From: a virus
IMG/VR virus record: IMGVR_UViG_3300047329_000027
Location: 1 to 44,716 of that record
Direction: 5' to 3' (one strand)
Length of the DNA: 44,716 bases
A model generated the notes under the pieces. That model was not told the origin of the DNA. It saw only the letters and a program-made list of their open reading frames with translations, and made no database searches. Of this stretch, positions 39,188 to 44,716 are shown one piece after another (the first letter of the stretch is position 1; each line of letters begins with the position of its first letter). A program made the translations under genes and the position numbers.

Positions 39188-39791
39188 TACCCGCCCTCCC
39201 AATCCATCGCCAACTTGTCGTTATAGGCGTCCACGTCGATGATCTCTAGCAGCCTGTAAAGGTCCGCCACGCCGAGGATTGTTGACAGCTCGGCTAGGCT
39301 GGCTTTCCCGGCAGAGATGACGCTTCCCACGCTTCGGGGAATGTTTCGGTATCGGATGAACTCGGGTCCGGCGGCGAGTAGGTCGATGCCATCATCGCAC
39401 TCGACAGGTATTCGCGTATGGAAAAACCCGCGTGCACGCGGAACACCTCATCTCGAAGAATGGCGCGCGTCTGAATATCCTCGATGTCCGTCTCAACCAG
39501 AGCCCGGACGGCGGCCGGCGTCCTGATCTGTACGCACGCCATCATCTCGTCAAGCAGCGGCTTAACAGCGGCATAATCGGCCGACAGGATGGCCTTTAGC
39601 CCGACGATGGCGATCACACTCCAGCCCATGCCCATGAACTCGGGCGGGATTTCCGTGCCGCTCTTGGCCATCGCGCCGAGCGCGCGAACAGCCCAATCTT
39701 CGCCCTGAGACGCGGGCATTTCGGTGATGACGAAGGTCTTGCCCTTGTCGCGCCCCTCGGCCGTGACGGTGTATTCAGCCGTGTTACGCAA
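39187..39791 (-). CDS. Tail assembly chaperone, -1 frameshift fusion product (GT-like, about 201 aa)
   Basis: After G-GGT-TTT (39429..39423) the -1 frame stays open for 78 codons (FHTRIPVECDDGIDLL...LYRLLEIIDVDAYNDKLAMDWEGG). It ends at TAA 39189..39187, overlapping the tape-measure ATG. Confidence 0.65.
39294..39791 (-). CDS. Tail assembly chaperone (G-like, zero-frame product)
   Basis: 165-aa ORF between the tube and tape-measure genes. It contains a canonical slippery heptamer. Confidence 0.7.
   Translation of the reverse strand: MRNTAEYTVTAEGRDKGKTFVITEMPASQGEDWAVRALGAMAKSGTEIPPEFMGMGWSVIAIVGLKAILSADYAAVKPLLDEMMACVQIRTPAAVRALVETDIEDIQTRAILRDEVFRVHAGFSIREYLSSAMMASTYSPPDPSSSDTETFPEAWEASSLPGKPA
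39423..39429 (-). other. Programmed -1 ribosomal frameshift slippery site GGGTTTT (X XXY YYZ in the zero frame)
   Basis: The zero frame reads gcG GGT TTT tcc. The -1 frame opens only 8 codons upstream, after a TGA. Confidence 0.65.
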
Positions 39792-40221
39792 GTGGCGCCA
39801 CCGTCACGTAATTCCACTCGATCCGAAACGCCCGGCCTTGCAGCACCTTGGCGGCGGCGGGAATGGGCACGACACCGCGAAGATAGCCGGTCTTGAGCGT
39901 GTATTCTTTTTGGGTGCCAGTCAGACGGATGGTCGCGTTCGCCGGCAAAAGCGCGCGGTTGGCGTCCTGCGTTTGCAGCCAGGTTTCAAAGATATCCGAC
40001 GACAGGCTGTCGGGCATGATCGAAATCGTCTGCATGGTGGTGTGCGGAACCCAGCCCGCCGACAGATGCCCGTCAACGCCGAGCACGGTTTCCGCAGTGT
40101 CCACGGCGTCGGTTTCAAACGCGCGGTCAGCCATGAACCCTTGCAGGATTTGCGCCGTACTGTAGAGCGTCGGGATCGTGAGGGCGTAAACCGCATCGGC
40201 GGCAGTGATGTTGCGCGCCAT
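39784..40221 (-). CDS. Tail tube protein (DUF3277-like)
   Basis: 145 aa directly downstream of the sheath gene. The family assignment is from memory and position. Confidence 0.65.
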   Translation of the reverse strand: MARNITAADAVYALTIPTLYSTAQILQGFMADRAFETDAVDTAETVLGVDGHLSAGWVPHTTMQTISIMPDSLSSDIFETWLQTQDANRALLPANATIRLTGTQKEYTLKTGYLRGVVPIPAAAKVLQGRAFRIEWNYVTVAPLA

Positions 40222-41714
40222 TATTGGACTTCCTCACTAAAGAGCGAGATATTTTGTACGCTCTGGCCGTCGACATAATATAGCGAAATCGGCGGCGACG
40301 TCCTGGCCGCTCGAACCTGCGACGTCGCGTTACCGATGACGAGCACCCATCCGCGCGTCTGGAGCGGAACCGACACGTCAAATCCGACCGCGTTGTTGAT
40401 CTCGGCGATTTGGAGCGCCGACAGGGCGACGCCCGGGCGGATGGACCCGAAGTTTACCGCCGCCGCAATGGGATCGGCGCACGCGGCAGAGATCAGCGCG
40501 TATCCGGTCGCGTTGTAGGGGATAGAATGAACCGTCGTCAGCAGGGTCATCAGCGCCAGTTGAAGCCCGTTGTTGAGCGACACCTGATCAACGTAGCTAT
40601 CGTCCCAGAGGAACGGGCCGGAAATGGAGCCGTTGGAATAGAAATTAAATTGCTGGTTGGCGGTCGCGGCCGAGACATAGCCGTTATAGCCGTTTGCGAT
40701 CATGTTGGCGTAAACAGTGGTATTTACGATGTCGGGCGTAAGGCCGGTCTGCGTCAGGAACGCCGATGTCGCGCGGCCATTCGTGGCGGACGGGTTGACG
40801 CTCGCCGGAATTGACAGGGCGAAGGCTGCGGCGGTCGCTCCAAGCGTTGGCGCATAAACCAGCACCGTACCCGAGTAATTGGCCTGCGTGATCGCGTACC
40901 CAGCCGACGCGGTGGCGGGAACGGTCGTCGCCACGGTAGCATCGGTATCCCACATGCAATACCGATAGCGGTTGCCCTGTGCGTTGTTCCACTGCGCGAA
41001 CGAAATGCAATCCGGCGTAGACGGTTCAAACGTCGTCGTCCACGAGACGAAATTTTGCGTCTGAGCGATGACGCCCGCCATAAACGTCGCCGCAACGCCG
41101 ATGGCCGCGCCAGCCGACACGACCGCGCCCGTCGCCGCCGTAAGCCCGAGCGGCGCGGCATTGGTCCCGGTGGCGAAAGAGAGAATGGACGTGGCGCCGG
41201 TTGTGGTGGACGTGACGAGGAACCCGCCGCCGATGCTGTCATATGTGACGGTGAACGTCGGCGAGGTGAAGGCGGCTTGAATGGATGTGGCGGCGTTGGT
41301 GAGCGATGTTGCGGTTGAAAGGTTCAGCGCCGACGACGTGAATACCGTACCGTTGGACGTGATTGTCAGCGTACCGGACGTGATCGCGTTGACCTGCGCC
41401 AGCGTGACCGCACCTCCCCGCAGATATGCCGCCGTCGCTGCCGTGGGATACTGCGTGATCAGGAGCGCGCCGGGCTTGACGGTCGAACCGTCAAACCCGT
41501 TGAAGTAGGTTTGAGCGAGTGCGACAAGCGGGTCAGACGCGCCGAAATACGCGGAAACGGCGGCGACGTTCGCGAATGATTGAACGGTCCCGATCGGGAT
41601 GCGCGTGTTGGCCGTCAGCATCAGCCCCGTCAGGCTGAGCGCGGAACCGCCCGCGCTGATGACGCCAGGCGTGACGTTGACGAAGGTTGAGGCCGGGATG
41701 CTCTGGAATGTCAT
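40221..41714 (-). CDS. Contractile tail sheath protein (DUF3383-like)
   Basis: 497 aa. The N-terminus IPASTFVNVTPGVISAGGSALSLTGLMLT fits DUF3383 sheath proteins as recalled. The tube gene follows. Confidence 0.7.
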   Translation of the reverse strand: MTFQSIPASTFVNVTPGVISAGGSALSLTGLMLTANTRIPIGTVQSFANVAAVSAYFGASDPLVALAQTYFNGFDGSTVKPGALLITQYPTAATAAYLRGGAVTLAQVNAITSGTLTITSNGTVFTSSALNLSTATSLTNAATSIQAAFTSPTFTVTYDSIGGGFLVTSTTTGATSILSFATGTNAAPLGLTAATGAVVSAGAAIGVAATFMAGVIAQTQNFVSWTTTFEPSTPDCISFAQWNNAQGNRYRYCMWDTDATVATTVPATASAGYAITQANYSGTVLVYAPTLGATAAAFALSIPASVNPSATNGRATSAFLTQTGLTPDIVNTTVYANMIANGYNGYVSAATANQQFNFYSNGSISGPFLWDDSYVDQVSLNNGLQLALMTLLTTVHSIPYNATGYALISAACADPIAAAVNFGSIRPGVALSALQIAEINNAVGFDVSVPLQTRGWVLVIGNATSQVRAARTSPPISLYYVDGQSVQNISLFSEEVQ

Positions 41715-41724
41715 GTGCGGTCCA

Positions 41725-42258
41725 TCACCCCGGGTAGGTCGTATCGACTTCGATTAGTCCAATCACGAGACTATCTGCAAACTGTTGCGCTGTCACTATG
41801 ACCGGATTGGTTTGCAGCACGGCGCTCAGCGTCCACCGATCCTCGTACTGACCTTCGCCGTTGACCATTGCGAGCTGGATGGGGTCGCTGCTGTAGAGAG
41901 GCGCGACACCGACGTTTAGGCCGTTGAAATAGTCCGCCGCGTATCGGTCGCGAAGTAGGGAGGCGATCAGCTGTGCGTTGTCGCCACCGCCCGAACCGTG
42001 GCAGTCCAGCTGCACTGTGTATTGCATCGGAGTCAGGGTTGAGATGGTCGTCGGTTCGGCGGTCGTGATCCATGTGTCGGTGTTCGTTTCCAGCCGAACC
42101 GCGCTCGTCGGCGTCATCATCACGAAATCGGGGGCGCCTGGTTCAGGCACGCGGTTCGCTTGCCCGAGGATGATGGGCGTGCCGCTGGCGAGGACGCTCG
42201 TCAGGAAGCCGCCTAGAGCGGTCATCGTGATGGATTGCGTGACGGATGGGGCGGCCAC
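41725..42258 (-). CDS. Neck / tail completion protein, hypothetical
   Basis: 177-aa ORF between the head-tail joining genes and the sheath. Confidence 0.45.
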   Translation of the reverse strand: MAAPSVTQSITMTALGGFLTSVLASGTPIILGQANRVPEPGAPDFVMMTPTSAVRLETNTDTWITTAEPTTISTLTPMQYTVQLDCHGSGGGDNAQLIASLLRDRYAADYFNGLNVGVAPLYSSDPIQLAMVNGEGQYEDRWTLSAVLQTNPVIVTAQQFADSLVIGLIEVDTTYPG

Positions 42259-42259
42259 G

Positions 42260-42673
42260 TCACTGGTCCTGTGCCGGGGGATTGTTCTGAAGCTGCACGA
42301 TCACATGCACCCAGCCATCGGTATCCCAAGCCTCAACCTGCTCAACCACAAGCCAAGTATCCAACGAGCCCGACGAATAGCCGGTCGGGAGCATGAGGAT
42401 GTCGCCGCCATTGCCGGCCGCCCGCACGACGCCGTTGAGCGTCCCATTGAGCCATACAGACCGGAACACGCCCTGGATATTCAGCGCATCCATGTGCTGA
42501 AGCTGACGCGAGGTCAGGGGCTGCACCTGCATCGTGACGCCGGTCGTGGTCGTATAGGTAGGCGTGCGGCTGAAATCCGCGTTCTGTGACGAGCCGGTCG
42601 AAACCATGACGTTGCCGACCATCGGGGGGCTGACGGCGTTGATGGCGGAGGCGATTACGGCGTGAAGGTTCAT
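42260..42673 (-). CDS. Head-tail joining protein, hypothetical
   Basis: 137-aa ORF. The call is by position. Confidence 0.45.
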   Translation of the reverse strand: MNLHAVIASAINAVSPPMVGNVMVSTGSSQNADFSRTPTYTTTTGVTMQVQPLTSRQLQHMDALNIQGVFRSVWLNGTLNGVVRAAGNGGDILMLPTGYSSGSLDTWLVVEQVEAWDTDGWVHVIVQLQNNPPAQDQ

Positions 42674-43194
42674 GCGCCCGCGTCCGTAATTTCAAAATCG
42701 ACGCTTCCGAGCATATGGCCACTTTGAACGAGTGGTTTTCCAGCCGGCGCATTGACACCCGCAGCCACATCACGCCGAGCGGTAAGCACGTCATCAAACG
42801 TCTGTCCGCCCATCGGAAACCGTTGCTTGAGCAAATCGGTAACGGGTGAATTTGGCGGCGAGTTCGTGTCCACGATGGATTGCCGCAACTGCCCCGCAAT
42901 TCCCTCGCCCATCATGGCCAGCGCCTTCTTGGCGTCCATGCCGTTCGCCTTCAACAACTGGCCTAGCTGTTCGGGCCATTTCGGCCCCTTCTCCGCGATC
43001 ATGTTGCTGAAAAACGGACGCGGCGGGATACCTTTAGCCGGGGCGCCAAAATTCTGGATGGCCGCAATCATGGCGACAGGCTTGCCGTCGTCATAGGTTG
43101 CGCTCTCAAGGAACCCGACGCGAAGGGTTCCGGGGTTGCTGACCTTATTAGCCGTCTCGCGCAAATAGGCGTTCAACTTCTCCCCGCCAGCCAT
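42670..43194 (-). CDS. HK97 gp10-like head-tail connector / tail-attachment protein
   Basis: 174 aa from the internal ATG at 43194 (MAGGEKLNAYLRETANKV...IPPRPFF). The upstream part of the ORF overlaps the preceding gene. Confidence 0.55.
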   Translation of the reverse strand: MAGGEKLNAYLRETANKVSNPGTLRVGFLESATYDDGKPVAMIAAIQNFGAPAKGIPPRPFFSNMIAEKGPKWPEQLGQLLKANGMDAKKALAMMGEGIAGQLRQSIVDTNSPPNSPVTDLLKQRFPMGGQTFDDVLTARRDVAAGVNAPAGKPLVQSGHMLGSVDFEITDAGA

Positions 43195-43196
43195 CG

Positions 43197-43673
43197 CTAC
43201 CATCGGCCGCCCCCATAGCCATAGCAGGGATACGTGCCAGGATAGCCTCCACGCCCCTGAGCGAACCGGCCAGGCGAGGCGCGATAACGGGCCAATCTGA
43301 ATGGGGCGAGCGCCTGATACGCCGCAAGCCCCCAGGACGTTTGCGTGAACCATGCCGCTGTGCCGGGAAGCCCGTCCAGCGCCGTGCCGACGCTCACGGA
43401 GCCCTCCGAGGCGTCGCTGATGCGCCCGACAAGTCCCGACGCCGGCTGTCCATTCACGCCCGAGAACAGCGCGGCAAGGTGCGCGGTGATCAGGTAGAGG
43501 ATCATGGATCTCGGCTGGAACGTGACCGGATCGGCCGGAACGGGCGAACAGTCCGAATTGTCGAGGTAGAGCGTCGCCTGCGTAAAATACGAGGTCGCGG
43601 CCTGCTGAGACACCGTGCTGAACTGCGGAAACTGCGCCGTCCAATCGGTATAGACGAAGGGCGCGACCGTCAC
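43197..43673 (-). CDS. Head-tail connector protein (DUF4054-like)
   Basis: 158 aa. FPQFSTVSQQAATSYFTQATLYLDN...YLITAHLAAL fits DUF4054 as recalled. Confidence 0.55.
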   Translation of the reverse strand: MTVAPFVYTDWTAQFPQFSTVSQQAATSYFTQATLYLDNSDCSPVPADPVTFQPRSMILYLITAHLAALFSGVNGQPASGLVGRISDASEGSVSVGTALDGLPGTAAWFTQTSWGLAAYQALAPFRLARYRASPGRFAQGRGGYPGTYPCYGYGGGRW

Positions 43674-43678
43674 GACAG

Positions 43679-44116
43679 TCAGTCCTTGTCGGTGCGAACT
43701 TCAACCCCGGCGGCGGCCATATCCTTGCGGTCGGCGGGTTCCATGCCGTTCTTCACGCCCGCACGGTCGCGGGCTTCGGAGCGCACGGCATTGGCGGACG
43801 GCAACGCGAAAATCAGACCCTTGGCGACGGGCGCGTAATCCTTATTTTCCTCGAACCACTTATCCCAGAATTGCTTATCCACGTTCGGGGTGATGCCGTA
43901 GCCGCCGACGACGTTGCCGGCCTCGCCGAGAACCTGGCCGCCCGCTTCAAGCCTGCGCTGCGCCGCGCTTCCGGTAAACGTCACGCTCGCCAGCACAGGC
44001 CCGGCAATCAGATGATCGCCCTGCGAAGTATGCATGACCTTGGGTTCGGCGCGGATGTCCGCGATTAGGCCGGCGGGGAGCTTGCATGCGACAGTGACGG
44101 TTTCGGCAGCGGCCAT
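43679..44116 (-). CDS. Hypothetical head-associated protein (paralogue B)
   Basis: 145 aa. It shares TVTV...LP and FWDKWFEENKDYAPV with the upstream gene. Confidence 0.5.
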   Translation of the reverse strand: MAAAETVTVACKLPAGLIADIRAEPKVMHTSQGDHLIAGPVLASVTFTGSAAQRRLEAGGQVLGEAGNVVGGYGITPNVDKQFWDKWFEENKDYAPVAKGLIFALPSANAVRSEARDRAGVKNGMEPADRKDMAAAGVEVRTDKD

Positions 44117-44505
44117 TAGGGGTTCTCGGGCGTGAAGATGGGCGTGTGCTGAGCGGCTAGCGCGTCTTCGGCTTGGACGCTCGGCGCCGACGTCGGCAGT
44201 TGCTGATCAAGCGGCAGTTCGGATTCAGGCGTGGCGACAGGCAACGGCTCGGCATCCCCGACCGTCTCGCCGCCCGCGTGTTCCTCGGGATGTTCGGTCG
44301 GCTTCTCGGAGTCCTCAAGCGGTCCTGAGATCATGCCGCCGAGCACCGGCGGATAATCCTTGTTCTCGGCGATCCAGATTTTCCAGAACGCCTCGTCAAC
44401 CTCGTTCTGCCCATGAATGAGCGTAACATGGTCTATGCCCTCGCCGCCGACGACGGTAAGCCGGACGGCGCCGGGAAGGCCGCTGGTTACAGTGACGGTT
44501 CCCAC
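44116..44505 (-). CDS. Hypothetical head-associated protein (paralogue A) with an acidic Pro/Glu tail
   Basis: 129 aa from GTG at 44505, immediately after the capsid stop. It contains FWKIWIAENKDYPPV. Confidence 0.5.
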   Translation of the reverse strand: MGTVTVTSGLPGAVRLTVVGGEGIDHVTLIHGQNEVDEAFWKIWIAENKDYPPVLGGMISGPLEDSEKPTEHPEEHAGGETVGDAEPLPVATPESELPLDQQLPTSAPSVQAEDALAAQHTPIFTPENP

Positions 44506-44506
44506 G

Positions 44507-44716
44507 TCAGACCCCCAGCATCGAAGCGACGGCGAACCCCTGGCGGAGCACCGTGCCCCACGTCCCGGCTGAAATCTTCATGCGGAACGACGACAGGTCA
44601 ACGACGAGCCGGTGCGTCCGAAGCTTTTCGGTGAACGCCGGCCAGCCGGTCTTCTGGCCTTGGAGCTCGGGCGCGATCAGCTGCACGAGGTTTCCGGCCG
44701 CCGTCGCGTATTCCAC
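44507..44716 (-). CDS. Major capsid protein, C-terminal end. Nt 44590-44716 duplicate nt 1-127.
   Basis: The ORF is open to the window edge. [28 protein letters not shown]... is the same sequence as that read from nt 127..1. Confidence 0.75.
   Translation of the reverse strand: MEYATAAGNLVQLIAPELQGQKTGWPAFTEKLRTHRLVVDLSSFRMKISAGTWGTVLRQGFAVASMLGV
44590..44716. repeat. Second copy of the 127-nt terminal overlap
   Basis: Identical to nt 1-127. Confidence 0.95.

Overview
The window is a complete, closed genome of a GC-rich dsDNA phage with a contractile tail. Nt 1-127 are identical to nt 44590-44716, so the unique length is 44,589 bp and the major capsid gene is split across the window edge. 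The host is probably an alphaproteobacterium, because the phage carries a GcrA homologue.

I support about 80 genes, arranged in blocks:
- A long minus-strand early-to-late unit. It starts at about 10630 with two small ORFs and a P4/D5-type primase-helicase, followed by a 430-bp non-coding gap.
- After the gap come terS, terL, a DUF1073-type portal, a Mu-F/SPP1-gp7 head morphogenesis protein, a secreted-protein moron, a DUF2213 scaffold, a decoration-like protein and the capsid.
- The unit continues across the junction into connector genes, sheath, tube, a chaperone with a -1 frameshift, tape measure, baseplate, fibres with a beta-helix tailspike, and the lysis cassette. It ends at an intrinsic terminator at 26816-26851.
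- A short plus-strand unit (10704-12676) with SSB and a C5 methylase.
- A minus-strand replication/takeover unit (18101-12679) with an XRE HTH protein, beta clamp, SF2 helicase, N4/N6 methylase, VRR-NUC nuclease and a GcrA-like protein.
- A plus-strand early unit (18235-26275) packed with translationally coupled small ORFs.

The most interesting part is the plus-strand segment at about 19.1-25.1 kb:
- a pentapeptide-repeat protein encoded by 26 near-identical in-phase 15-bp units;
- a Lar-like zinc ribbon and a YqaJ exonuclease;
- a C5 methylase followed by a truncated HNH endonuclease;
- a complete C5 methylase plus NotI-family endonuclease pair.

I saw no integrase, CI-type repressor, DNA polymerase, tRNA, CRISPR array or reverse transcriptase. 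All functional calls come from my own reading of motifs and gene order. No database search was possible.
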